From Clostridia bacterium (GTDB lineage: Bacteria > Bacillota > Clostridia > JAAYHZ01): a stretch of DNA of 64,000 bases. The position numbers and the translations under genes are program-made. The notes under the pieces are model-generated. The model worked only from the letters and a program-made list of their open reading frames with translations, was not told the DNA's origin and did no database searches. Below, piece by piece: positions 41,816 through 52,175 of this stretch (within the stretch, counting starts at the first letter, position 1; every line of letters begins with the position of its first letter). The DNA is taken from NCBI GenBank assembly GCA_050950825.1, contig JBMNIH010000007.1, positions 243,263 to 307,262 of the forward strand. The letters run 5' to 3'.

Positions 41816-42430
41816 TCATCTAATTATAGGCAATCCGTATTTATGAAACGCCGCAATCAATTTTTCCCAATGGGGTGGATAGGCATTACTGCCATAACGC
41901 TTAATTGTTGTACCATTATCAAATGTAACATTAAGCTCCCATTGAGTTCCATCCAATACATTCTGGTTAATATAGCAGCTTTTCCAATCAATGAAATAAC
42001 ATCTAAGTAAATCTTTATTAAATTCAGCCCATTTATGGACTATAGGAATTAAGGAAATATTACAGTCTGCTAACTCAGATTTAATATCAATATAATGACT
42101 GTCTGATGCCACATGCCTTAATATTTTGCCAAATTTTTGCTCATGCAAATATACCCAGTGGGATGTACCAAAATACCCTCCAACATAAAAATATAATTCT
42201 CTAACAAAAGCAGGTTTGGTAAAGTAATTACCCCCAAAGTCTTTTCCACAAGAATTACAATGGTGGGTAGGAGAAGGAATTGCAATACAGCATCCTCCAA
42301 GCACTACTTCCTTTTTATCAAGTTTATTCTGCAATTCCTGTGTCATTGCAGGCATACCCCATAATATTGTTGCCGTATTCTTTGAGCCACAGCGTGGACA
42401 AATCCTTCTTGGCAAAACTATCACCTTCAT
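41816..42430 (-). CDS. Hypothetical Cys-rich protein inside the defence operon
   Basis: CPRCGS..ILWGMP..LGGCC..HCNSCG then LDGTQWEL..GSNAYPPHW; start uncertain (ATG 42430 or TTG 42415). Confidence 0.75.
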   Translation of the reverse strand: MKVIVLPRRICPRCGSKNTATILWGMPAMTQELQNKLDKKEVVLGGCCIAIPSPTHHCNSCGKDFGGNYFTKPAFVRELYFYVGGYFGTSHWVYLHEQKFGKILRHVASDSHYIDIKSELADCNISLIPIVHKWAEFNKDLLRCYFIDWKSCYINQNVLDGTQWELNVTFDNGTTIKRYGSNAYPPHWEKLIAAFHKYGLPIIR

Positions 42431-42452
42431 TACTTTGCTGAACGCATCATAT

Positions 42453-43673
42453 TTATTTGCATAAAAAGTCCATTGCCTGCTGTTCGCCATATTCTATAGC
42501 AATTTCCACTGCACGTTTGGCTTTTTCAAGCAGTGTTTTTGCTTCACGCCTCGCTGCGTGAGATTGCTGAACTAACGCTGAGATTTCTTTTTCCCTATCT
42601 GCCAATAGGCGTGGTATCCATGTCTTTTGCACTTGTGATGGTTTCCAATGTTTTATAATTGAACCACCAACACTTTGTTCAATTTGTAATTGAACAAATA
42701 TAGAGTTAAGTACGAGCTCAAGGTAGTATGGTGGTATATCTTCAATAAGTGAAAGCCGCAAAATTCCACTTGCAATAATCCCTTGTACAGATTCATCTAA
42801 AAAGTATGCAATCCCAGGCGTAGCGTCTTTTGATAGAAGTATTTCTCCTTGTTGAGGCTCATACTTTTCTCGTAAAACATTGTAGAGTTCTTTACTTATG
42901 AAGTTAACTGTGTCATCAACTATTCCATGTTTACTAAGATTGCTCACACGCAAAAAGAGAATACCCGATTCTGTATAAGCTGAGCTCCCGACTTCAATCC
43001 CTTTAGTATAAAGTGTAATCTTGCCAAGCAGCTGAAGGTAAACATTTGAAGGTAGTCTATCAAACATTTCCTTATACTTCGGTTGAAAAGCAATATATTC
43101 TTGTATATTGGTTAATAACGGTACTTTTATCAGGCCAATTTGCCATAAAAACACATGCTGTTGAATACTTCCTACAGGAAGGCGTTGAGTTTGGAATCTA
43201 CCATATTTTGAATTAAGAAATGTAGAGAGTAAGTAAGGATTAATAATGTCAGCAACTGTTATTTTCGCCAAATCTTGGCTTGAGTTAATAGGGTATTTCC
43301 ATTTATCGCTAGCAACGCAGGAGTTTCCAACCGAACCTGACATAGCTAATAAGACATTTCGTGGTTTAATCTCTGATTTCCAAAGTAGTTTATGAGCGTC
43401 TTTAGTTATTCTTACTACATTTGAAAAATCTGCATATCCTTCTTTTATGTCAATTGCACGTAGAAAGGGTATGCCTTTTTCTTGATATGTAACTTGATTC
43501 ATTAGAGAATAAGCACCAAAACTCTTAATTGACTTTACGAGTTTCTTTAGAGGTAACGGATTTGATGCTAGTAATATTTCTTCAAGTTTAGCATATTCTG
43601 GACGATAGTATTCAGCATCAATTCGAGTACCGCATTCCAATTCTTTTTTTGAAACAATTGATATTACAGCCAT
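42453..43673 (-). CDS. Restriction-modification specificity (HsdS-like) subunit with shortened central spacer
   Basis: RIDAEYY, two TRD-like halves (GIPFLRAIDI; GILFLRVSNL), C-terminal helix LLEKAKRAVEIAIE. Confidence 0.85.
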   Translation of the reverse strand: MAVISIVSKKELECGTRIDAEYYRPEYAKLEEILLASNPLPLKKLVKSIKSFGAYSLMNQVTYQEKGIPFLRAIDIKEGYADFSNVVRITKDAHKLLWKSEIKPRNVLLAMSGSVGNSCVASDKWKYPINSSQDLAKITVADIINPYLLSTFLNSKYGRFQTQRLPVGSIQQHVFLWQIGLIKVPLLTNIQEYIAFQPKYKEMFDRLPSNVYLQLLGKITLYTKGIEVGSSAYTESGILFLRVSNLSKHGIVDDTVNFISKELYNVLREKYEPQQGEILLSKDATPGIAYFLDESVQGIIASGILRLSLIEDIPPYYLELVLNSIFVQLQIEQSVGGSIIKHWKPSQVQKTWIPRLLADREKEISALVQQSHAARREAKTLLEKAKRAVEIAIEYGEQQAMDFLCK

Positions 43674-43675
43674 TT

Positions 43676-46060
43676 TTACTCCTCCGTCCAAAAATCAAAT
43701 CCCTGTTCTTTTGCAAAAGCAATAAAAGCCTCTGCAATTTCATCAAGGTCGTGGTCAACGATTAGGTGACCATGTTCATCCAGCATCAATTCGCCGTTTC
43801 CATCTTTCTTGTAAATCGGTTCACCGCTGTTGTCTTTACCACCATTTTCAGATACTGCAAAGAAAATCGGATAATCAAGTTCTTCTGCGGCTCTATCTGA
43901 TAACCATGTCTCCCTATATCGAGAAAGCAATTTTTCATCATCAAGTAGATACTTAATCTGTCCTTTAATAGAGCGTGATGCCAGTTTACGTTCAGCCTCT
44001 GCCAATGTCCTTTTGAGTGCAGCTTTTCCTTTTGCTCGTCCTGGCATTGCGGCAAGTTGCGCTTTAAGATTTTCAATGCGCTCTTGAAGTTCATCGTCGC
44101 TTTCGGTCTGTGTTTCTTCGTTTTTGATTTCATCTCCATTATTTTCTAATTCGACGGTATCGTCTTCTTCAAATTCAGCTTGCAGGAACGACATCAAAAG
44201 CGGTGGTAAGTCGTCTTCGGTCAGTTCCTCTCTTTCGCTCAAGGTTCTAATTTCGGCATAATGATTATCCCATTCAGCTATATGCCGATTCTGCACTTCT
44301 CGTATATTGGCTAATTCTTCATCAGTATATTTTTGCAGAAAAACAACGCTGGTTTTTGTACCGGTATGCGGCTTAAAAGTATTAGGATGTAAGCCAACGA
44401 CGGCCAAGATACGAGCTTTACTGAAAAGAAAGTTACGGATAAATAAGTCGTTCGTATTATTGAGACGGCCTTGCGGCAGTACAATTGCCATTCTGCCTCC
44501 GGGCTTTAGAAAATTAAGGTTGCGTTCAATAAATAGAATATCTCGCCCTATTTTAGAGACCGTCTTACCATTCTTTTCTGCAAGTCGGTATTGACGCAAA
44601 ATTTCACGCTCGCTTATGCTACCCGCAAACGGTGGATTGGTCATCAGTATATCAAAATCAAAGTATTGAAAGTTGCGTTGGTTAGCTTCGTCTTGCTCGT
44701 AGTTACTAAATCGGGTTAACAGCGGACGAAAAGCTGCTTTGCCTTCTTCACTCCATTTGGGCGGATTTAGGCTGTTAAGTTCATACACATTTGACTTGCC
44801 ATCGCCTGCAATTAAGTTAAGTGCTTTGGCAATTTTAACGGCTTTAGGACTTGAGTCAATGGCATAGACCATTGAACCTGCATATTCGCTGATAGCAGGA
44901 GGGAATCCATTAACAGTATATTGTTCGCCAGCAATCCAAAAGATGGTATGAACGGTAAAACCTGAAGAACCACAAGCAGTGTCAATTACCCGTTCGTGGA
45001 TTTTAGGATTAAGCATTTTTACGCACATATCAATTACCCAACGTGGGGTAAAATACTGCCCTTTTTTACCTTTAGCAACTTCTGTAATTAGATATTCAAA
45101 GGCTTCATCAATTACTTGAAGGTTAGCATTAAACAGTTTGACATCCTGCAAGAATGAAACACAAGTAAGCAAATGTTCAGGCTTTAGGCGGATTTTTTCA
45201 TCTTGTCCAAATATACCACGCCATTTATCCTTTGCTCTATTAAATAAACCATTTATTTTATCATAGAGTTCTCGCGGTGATTCGCCATAGATGCGAAAAT
45301 GTATCTTATGGTTTCGTGTACGGTCATTTGCCGCTGCCCATTCGTCGTATAATTTTGCATAAATCAGCTTAAAGACTTCATCAAAGGAGTCATCAATTCC
45401 CTCAGCATTAGCCAAAACAAGGTCTTCAAGATCGAGTATGATTTTTTTAAGAGAAAGACGTTCTTTCACTAAACGGTTTTCTTGTTTGAGTTTGTCTATC
45501 GTCCATTGCTCAGTGATGACATCTTGAAGCGTTTGATCTACTGTGGGTATTGATGAAATTTGCGAAAAAATGTTTGGCTCTTCTCGATGAAGGATAACCA
45601 ATTCTTCACCGTTCGACCATACGCCTATGGGTGAGCCTTCAGCATTACAGTATGACTTTAGTTGTTGAAGCCCATCTTTACGTTTGGGCTTTTTAACTTC
45701 AAAGATTATGTATGGGTGTTCACCATCGGTTTGCATAACAACAATATCTGCGCTTTTGTCACTAACGCCTGAGCCAAACCAAACCGCATATTCAACTTTT
45801 ATGCGCTCTTTTGGATAATGATACTCTTCCAGCAATTTTTTTATCCAAAGCTGACGAACGATTTCTTCCGGTTTAGCAGGACGATCTTTATCGCTGGCAA
45901 GGCATTTTAGATAAGGCTTGCCGTTTTTTTCAAATAACTGTGTTTCAAGCCATTTGATATATTCGGTTTTAAATAATGTTAATCTGTGTTTCGTTTCTTC
46001 ACTCTTAAAAATTTCATCAATTCTAAACAAAAAAATCACTCCATTTAGTAAAATAGACAT
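43676..46060 (-). CDS. HsdR_N-type nuclease domain fused to N6-adenine DNA methyltransferase
   Basis: PEEIVRQ..ADIVV..IFEVKK nuclease motif; GQYFTPR, DTACGSSGF, MTNPPF. Confidence 0.9.
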   Translation of the reverse strand: MSILLNGVIFLFRIDEIFKSEETKHRLTLFKTEYIKWLETQLFEKNGKPYLKCLASDKDRPAKPEEIVRQLWIKKLLEEYHYPKERIKVEYAVWFGSGVSDKSADIVVMQTDGEHPYIIFEVKKPKRKDGLQQLKSYCNAEGSPIGVWSNGEELVILHREEPNIFSQISSIPTVDQTLQDVITEQWTIDKLKQENRLVKERLSLKKIILDLEDLVLANAEGIDDSFDEVFKLIYAKLYDEWAAANDRTRNHKIHFRIYGESPRELYDKINGLFNRAKDKWRGIFGQDEKIRLKPEHLLTCVSFLQDVKLFNANLQVIDEAFEYLITEVAKGKKGQYFTPRWVIDMCVKMLNPKIHERVIDTACGSSGFTVHTIFWIAGEQYTVNGFPPAISEYAGSMVYAIDSSPKAVKIAKALNLIAGDGKSNVYELNSLNPPKWSEEGKAAFRPLLTRFSNYEQDEANQRNFQYFDFDILMTNPPFAGSISEREILRQYRLAEKNGKTVSKIGRDILFIERNLNFLKPGGRMAIVLPQGRLNNTNDLFIRNFLFSKARILAVVGLHPNTFKPHTGTKTSVVFLQKYTDEELANIREVQNRHIAEWDNHYAEIRTLSEREELTEDDLPPLLMSFLQAEFEEDDTVELENNGDEIKNEETQTESDDELQERIENLKAQLAAMPGRAKGKAALKRTLAEAERKLASRSIKGQIKYLLDDEKLLSRYRETWLSDRAAEELDYPIFFAVSENGGKDNSGEPIYKKDGNGELMLDEHGHLIVDHDLDEIAEAFIAFAKEQGFDFWTEE

Positions 46061-46101
46061 TATGCAATTTTGTTTGGCTAAACTGTTTTATTGAGCTAAA
46101 T

Positions 46102-46308
46102 TTAGTCATCATCAATAATTTCCATAATATCGGAAATATCACACTTTAATGCCTTGCAAATCTTCACAAGCACATCGGTCGTAACATTTTCGTTTTTACC
46201 CAGTTTTGCCATAGAAGATGTACTAATACCAGCCGCTTCTCTTAAATCTTTCTTTTTCATATCTTTATCAATTAAGAGTTTCCATAGTTTTTTATAGCTT
46301 ACGGCCAT
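46102..46308 (-). CDS. Small XRE-family HTH regulator
   Basis: SYKKLWKLLIDKDMKKKDL...KICKALKCDISDIME. Confidence 0.9.
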   Translation of the reverse strand: MAVSYKKLWKLLIDKDMKKKDLREAAGISTSSMAKLGKNENVTTDVLVKICKALKCDISDIMEIIDDD

Positions 46309-46469
46309 AATTGTCACCTCGCTCGCTATAAAGAATATCATAAAGTAAGCTGAAACACAATAAAAATTTGAGCCCGCAAATTAATTATTGTGTTTTGCGA
46401 AATTCATGCTATAATTTACATAAGGAAATATCTGGTCTGTATGATGAAATGTTATTATGGAGGTACGGT

Positions 46470-48381
46470 ATGGCAAGCGTCAGCTCGTTCAGAGATGTTA
46501 TTGCAAACATGTATTACAATGAACTCTTTGACGAGTTGTCCGAGTATATTGAGGACAACCCGGATAAGCTGGAATCCAACTCATACCGTGTGCAATCACC
46601 GGATGAAGCGGCTTTATCCGATTTTGACATTATAACGATTGACATAACCGACTCGCCAGGTAACAGTATTTTATTTGACGTAATTGTTTCTGCCGAAGTT
46701 GAAATTGCAGAAACAGTACGAAGGAATCGCGAGACTGATGGTATAGAACAATGGTTCCGTATCTCCTGCAGAGCTGACCTTGATGACGGAATTCAGAATT
46801 TTCAAATCAACTCTGTTTCAATATACAACAAGTACAGAGAAAGCAAATTAGGCCGACTGTCTGAGTATTTAGTGCCAATTATAGAAAAGGAACAGTTTGA
46901 CGATGTTGCTACCGAGTTTCTAAGTGAATTTTGCCCGGAAGCATTAAGTACTCCTATGCCTATTCCGGTAGATGAAGTAGTGAAAAGAATGGGGCTTAAG
47001 GTTAAGGAAATCCAGTTAACAAAGCATTTCACTATATTCGGTCAAATAGTTTTTGGAGATTGTACGATAGAATATTACGACAGAAATGAAAGAGCATATA
47101 AGCCTTTGGAAGTTTCAAGAGGAACAATTCTCGTGGATCCTAATGTGTATTTCATGCGAAACGTAGGGTGCATGAACAATACCATTATTCATGAGTGTGT
47201 TCACTGGTATAAGCATAGAAAATACCATGAGTTAGTTAAGACATATAACAGCGATGCTTTACTCATAAGCTGCAGGGTAAACGAAACAACTAAATACAAA
47301 AAGCAATGGACGCCAGAAGACTGGATGGAATGGCATGCTAACGGAATCGCACCTCGCATCCTTATGCCTAAATCAATGACCATTAAAAAGATTGAGGAGC
47401 TAATTAAAAAGAATGAGCTCCTTTTTGGTAATCACGACAGGTTAAATATAATGGAAAATGTCGTGTATGAATTAGCTGACTTCTTCCAGGTGTCAAGGAT
47501 AGCAGCCAAAATAAGGATGCTTGACCTCGGATATAAGGAAGTTGAAGGTGTATATACCTACGTAGATGACCATTTTATCAGCAATTATACATTTAAGGCA
47601 GACTCATTACATAAAAACCAAACATATAGTATTAGCCTAAGCGATTCATTTTTTGAATACTATGCAAATCCTGAATTTGCCAAGATTATAGACAGCGGTA
47701 ATTTTATTTATGTTGACGGTCATTACGTTATTAACGACTCTAAATACATAAAAAGGTTAGAAAATGGAAGCCTTGATCTTACAGACTATGCAAAACTGCA
47801 TGTAGATGAATGCTGTCTTCTGTTTGATTTAAAGCTAAATAAGGCCTCCAAAATGGACATTGTAGTATACCTCGATTCTATAATGTTCCGTAAAGCTACA
47901 CCGGATTATAACAGAGTGCCGACATTTAATCCGGACAAGCATAATATGGAAGTATTTAATCGTTCAGAAGAGCTAAAGAAGTTTCACGAAGAATTCGTCG
48001 AAGAAGGTCAGCATTTGAGCCGTACAACCCAGACATTTTCCCAAGCGGTATACGGACATATCAAAAGGAAAGGCTACAATAAGGTTGTTTTTATAGAAAA
48101 GACTTTGCTTTCAGGAAAAACATATGACAGAATAAAAAATAATGAACTTAACAATCCAACTTTAGAAACCGTTGTTGCAATCTGCATCGGATTGGAGCTT
48201 AGCCCTACATACAATATTAAGGCTTGCCGGATATACTCTCAATAACACTCCACAGCAATTGGCGTATAAAAAGCTTATCCATTCGTATAGAGGGCATTCA
48301 ATATATGAATGCAATGAAGTTTTGGAAGCCTTGGGACTTTCCCCTCTTTGTGCAAAGGCATATAAAGAAATGATAAGTTAA
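46470..48381 (+). pseudogene. ImmA/IrrE-family metallopeptidase with C-terminal HTH, frameshifted near 48210
   Basis: IIHECVHW (HEXXH), EWHAN..RILMP; HTH PTLETVVAICIGLEL continues in another frame as ILRLAGYTL to the stop at 48381. Confidence 0.8.
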
Positions 48382-48388
48382 AAAAATT

Positions 48389-48525
48389 GTTGGACTTCTG
48401 AAGTCCAACTTTTTATATTTTAAACCGGCTATTATAATGAGATTTTAAGCCATTATGCAAAAAAGGCGCAAAAACCTTACTGCATAATGGCTATTTTTTT
48501 GCCAAAATCATGGACTTTAGATGTC
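48389..48525. promoter_or_regulatory. Two related palindromes around a 12-bp inverted repeat
   Basis: GTTGGACTTC-T-GAAGTCCAAC (48389-48409), GGACTTTAGATGTCC (48512-48526), AGCCATTATGCA/TGCATAATGGCT (48448-48492). Confidence 0.6.
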
Positions 48526-48604
48526 CGGACAGGCTTTAACAATTCAAGTAGCATTAAGTCAGAGAGTTGGCCAACCCTCAAAATTGAAGGATGGAGGATA
48601 TAAG

Positions 48605-48833
48605 ATGCAAGACTCTATGAACAATGCAAAAACGCTGTCAATAATTCCAATGCCCATAAAGGGCAGACCATATAAGCATCAGATTCGTGCTTTCAATTTC
48701 ATCTGCAGTCTATTTGGGCTTTTGAAGGGTGGTGGTGTTTCTGCCATTTCCGGATGGGGTGCAGCGCTCCTGATGGAAATGGGCTGACCAGCACCGGAAA
48801 AACGCTTGTCTCAATCGCCATTATAGGAGCATT
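48605..48833 (+). pseudogene. SNF2-family helicase 5' fragment, Walker A split by 8 nt, truncated by IS3
   Basis: PYKHQ..AF Q-motif; AALLMEMG* then TGKTLVSIAIIGAL in another frame. Confidence 0.75.
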
Positions 48834-49827
48834 GGGGGGTGCGGACGAAAACCTGGACTTAAAATAAGAGTCCGGAGGAGGTACTCCCATGTATTCATAT
48901 GAAGACAGAATGAAAGCAGTGGAGTTATACATAAAGTATGACTTAAGTGCTGCTGCTACCATTAGAGAACTTGGGTATCCAAATCGCAAAATGCTAGCTC
49001 GATGGTATAAAGAGTATAAAGAAACAGGCGATTTACACAAACACTATAACAAAAAGGCAAAATATACACCAGAACAGAAGAAGGCTGCTGTCGATTATTA
49101 TCTGGAGCATGGACGCAATATTTCCCGTACGGTGAAGATATTAGGATATCCTCATCGGGATGAACTTGCAAAGTGGATAGATGAATTAGCGCCCGGCAAA
49201 AGAAAAGCTCGCATAAAACACCGGGCAATGGTACAATTTTCCCAGGAGCAGAAAAAAGATGCAGTTATTGAACTGTGTGCAAGGGACGGATCTGCTGCTG
49301 CCGTTGCTGGCAGGATAGGTACCAGCAGGGGCGTACTATATAAATGGAAGAATGAACTGCTCGGTAAGGAGAACACTAAGACTATGAAAAGTTCTAAAAA
49401 ACGATCGCTTTCTGATGACAAGGAGACGCTTTTAACTGAAGTTGAGTCGCTTAAAAAAGAGATATATCGCAAACAAATGGAACTGGATATTCTAAAAAAG
49501 GCGGCAGAAATCGTAAAAAAAGACCTGGGCATCGATCAGCGGAACCTGACAAACAGAGAAAAAGCAATACTGATCGATGCCCTCAGGACTAAATATCCAC
49601 TGAATGATCTGCTTGAGATGACTGGATTGTCAAAAAGCAGTTATTATTATCAAAAAACCCAGAAACAACCTGATAAATATGCCAGCTTGAGAACAGAGGT
49701 AACAGAGATTTTTTATGATAACCAACGCCGCTATGGATACAGGCGGGTACATGCAACAATAAAGGGTAAAGGGACAACAGTTTCAGAAAAGGTTATACGA
49801 AGGATAATGAAAGAAGAACAGCTTATT
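48833..49827 (+). mobile_element. IS3-family element, 3'-truncated (no DDE domain, no right end)
   Basis: TG start at the SNF2 breakpoint; ORF from 48889 with repeated HTHs, SKSSYYY, RYGYRRV..VSEKVIRRIM; stops at the IS91-like element. Confidence 0.85.
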
Positions 49828-49959
49828 GTACCAAACCGCTGCGCGGTAGCTCAACAGTATTTACCCTTTTCGGGTCCTAACCTTTATATTTAATTCCTAT
49901 CACCTTCAAAATCGTATATAATAGCTCCCATTAATTTGATTTTGAAAGGTGGTATTGTT

Positions 49960-50835
49960 ATGTCAACAAATTTATCCGTCGATTTTGATCAAGCGCTCCA
50001 CAATGTTAAGTTTGTTCTTGAGACCTGCCGTTATTCTCAAAGAACAATCTATCTTTATGAGCGACAAATTATTAAGTTTTATCAAACGGTTCAGAAACAT
50101 CCCTGTCAAATCTCTCAGCAAGATGTACTTTTGTATTTGCACGGTCTTGTTAAGCGATCCTTGAGTGCGGATTACATCAACCAAGTCAGAGCAGCCATAC
50201 GTCTTTTCTTCCGTGTAGGATTGCAAAAAACTTTTGATGAGTCTTTACTTCCTCGTGTTCGTAAGGAAACTGTACTGCCTGCCGTATTGTCGCAAAATGA
50301 AATCAAACGAATATTTTCCTACATAAGAAACCCTCGATACAGAGTCATTCTATACCTTTGTTATTCTGCAGGTCTTCGTCTCGGAGAAGCCTTGAATCTA
50401 AAAATCAAAGATATTGACAGTGAGAATATGCAGATCGCCGTTCGAAAAAGTAAAAACAACAAAGATCGCTATACGATACTGTCTCCGGAGTATTTGACGC
50501 TTCTTCGAGATTATTGGAGGCTTTACAGACCTGAAGGTCCTTATCTTTTCCCGGGTGCCTCTTCCGGTAAGCCTATGGCAGCGCAGGGAATCCAAAAGGC
50601 GTTTCATGATGCCGTAATAAAAGCCGGAATCCGCAAAAATGCGTGCATTCATTCTTTACGCCATAGCTTTGCGACACACCTTTACGAATCCGGACAAGAT
50701 ATCGAAGTCATACAATCCCTACTCGGTCATGCAAGCATTTGGACCACCAAACGTTACACGCACTTGGCACGGAAGCATCTTCAAGGGGTGAAGAGTCCGG
50801 CTGACGGTTTCGGAGGTGATTTTAATGTCCTCTAA
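49960..50835 (+). CDS. Tyrosine recombinase with N-terminal SAM-like domain, copy 1
   Basis: LPAVLS, YSAGLRLGE, HSLRHSFATH, LLGH, TTKRY; GAAAGGTGG RBS. Confidence 0.95.
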   Translation: MSTNLSVDFDQALHNVKFVLETCRYSQRTIYLYERQIIKFYQTVQKHPCQISQQDVLLYLHGLVKRSLSADYINQVRAAIRLFFRVGLQKTFDESLLPRVRKETVLPAVLSQNEIKRIFSYIRNPRYRVILYLCYSAGLRLGEALNLKIKDIDSENMQIAVRKSKNNKDRYTILSPEYLTLLRDYWRLYRPEGPYLFPGASSGKPMAAQGIQKAFHDAVIKAGIRKNACIHSLRHSFATHLYESGQDIEVIQSLLGHASIWTTKRYTHLARKHLQGVKSPADGFGGDFNVL

Positions 50836-51982
50836 AATTCAAAAGATCTTTCAGTCCTTTAAAGAGAGATTGCCGTCCCAAAGCTATTCTCCCCAAAAAA
50901 CAAAAGTCATTGACGCAATCTGTAAGTGCCGCACTCCCGAAATGGGAGGATTCGTCCAACGATGTGACGATTGCGGTTACACCGAGGCACATTTCAATTC
51001 CTGCCGAAATCGACATTGTCCCGTTTGTCAAGGGTCCAACCAAAGAAAATGGGTTGAAAAGCAAGTCGCCAACACGCTCCCGATACCCTATTTCCACGTG
51101 GTTTTCACCGTGCCTGCCGAACTCAATCCCTTGTTTCTTGCAAACCCCGACAATATGTTCAATCTGCTCTTTCGTGCCGCTAGTCAAACCGTTTTGACTC
51201 TCTCGGAGAACGAAAAATTTCTCGGGGCGCAACCCGGCTTTATCGCCGTCTTACATACATGGGGGCGAAACATTCAGTTCCATCCCCATTTGCATTGTAT
51301 CGTAACGGGCGGCGGATTGTCCAGCGATCGCAAACGATTCGTTGTTTCCAAAGATTCCTTTTTCCTTCCTCTTAAAGCGATCAGCATCGTTTTCCGGGGA
51401 AAGTTCCTCGAGGAATTGAAAACATTCTTTGTTAATAACACCCTTCAATTGACGGAAGGTTTGGATACCGTTCAAAAAAGGCAACAATTTCTGGACTTAC
51501 TGTACTCCAAGGATTGGGTATGCTATTGCAAGAAACCGTTTAAAGACGCTTCCGCCGTTATACGGTATCTCGGCCGATATACTCACAAAGTGGCGATCTC
51601 GGACAGCCGAATCGTTTCTCATAATCCCGACACGCAGACGGTGCGTTTCCACTGGAAAGATTACAAAGATCACAACAAAATCAAGATCATGCAGCTTTCC
51701 GAAGACGAGTTCGTACGCCGTTTTCTCCTCCATGTGTTGCCCAAAGGATTCATGAAAATTCGACATTACGGATTGCTTGCCAACCGAGGAAGAGAAGAGC
51801 GTTTGGAATTATGCAGAGATTTGCTGAAGGCAACCGCACCCACGGGAGTTATTCAAGAATTCCCCAAGTGCAAAGTTGAACCTCTTGACCGCTGTCCGAA
51901 ATGCGGAAGCCAATCTTTTCTTTTGGTTCCTCGCTCTTTGTACGCGCAGCCGGCTTTATTGCCTACCGGTACCGGACCGTAG
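50825..51982 (+). CDS. IS91-family HUH/Y2 transposase, copy 1
   Basis: NSCRNRHCPVCQ zinc domain, YFHVVFTVP, HTWG..HPHLHCIV, YLGRY, RRFLLHVLPKGF..IRHYG. Confidence 0.95.
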   Translation: MSSKIQKIFQSFKERLPSQSYSPQKTKVIDAICKCRTPEMGGFVQRCDDCGYTEAHFNSCRNRHCPVCQGSNQRKWVEKQVANTLPIPYFHVVFTVPAELNPLFLANPDNMFNLLFRAASQTVLTLSENEKFLGAQPGFIAVLHTWGRNIQFHPHLHCIVTGGGLSSDRKRFVVSKDSFFLPLKAISIVFRGKFLEELKTFFVNNTLQLTEGLDTVQKRQQFLDLLYSKDWVCYCKKPFKDASAVIRYLGRYTHKVAISDSRIVSHNPDTQTVRFHWKDYKDHNKIKIMQLSEDEFVRRFLLHVLPKGFMKIRHYGLLANRGREERLELCRDLLKATAPTGVIQEFPKCKVEPLDRCPKCGSQSFLLVPRSLYAQPALLPTGTGP

Positions 51983-52175
51983 ATTCTTGACAACTGAATA
52001 TCGTGTAAAACGACCCTTTATGGGAGGGCGTAGCTTGCTCTTTTTCAGGCGATTTTCCGCTTTTTCTTCGATTTTCAAGGTGCGAAGTACCGTTTTAACG
52101 TACTTTTAAGCCTAAAATGTTCGAATCAAACCGATGTTGACCTTTTAAAATTCCCATGGGAAAATGAGAACCTAC

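Noticed and set aside
49828-49893. C-terminus of the 334-aa IS3 ORF (and ORFs 52181-52366, 54654-54887)
   Set aside because: Read-through into, or chance frames across, the non-coding ends of the inserted element
49960-50835. Tyrosine recombinase as a true integron integrase (IntI)
   Set aside because: The segment between YLFPG and IQKAF is short and appears to lack the IntI-specific insertion; no attI or multi-gene cassette array seen
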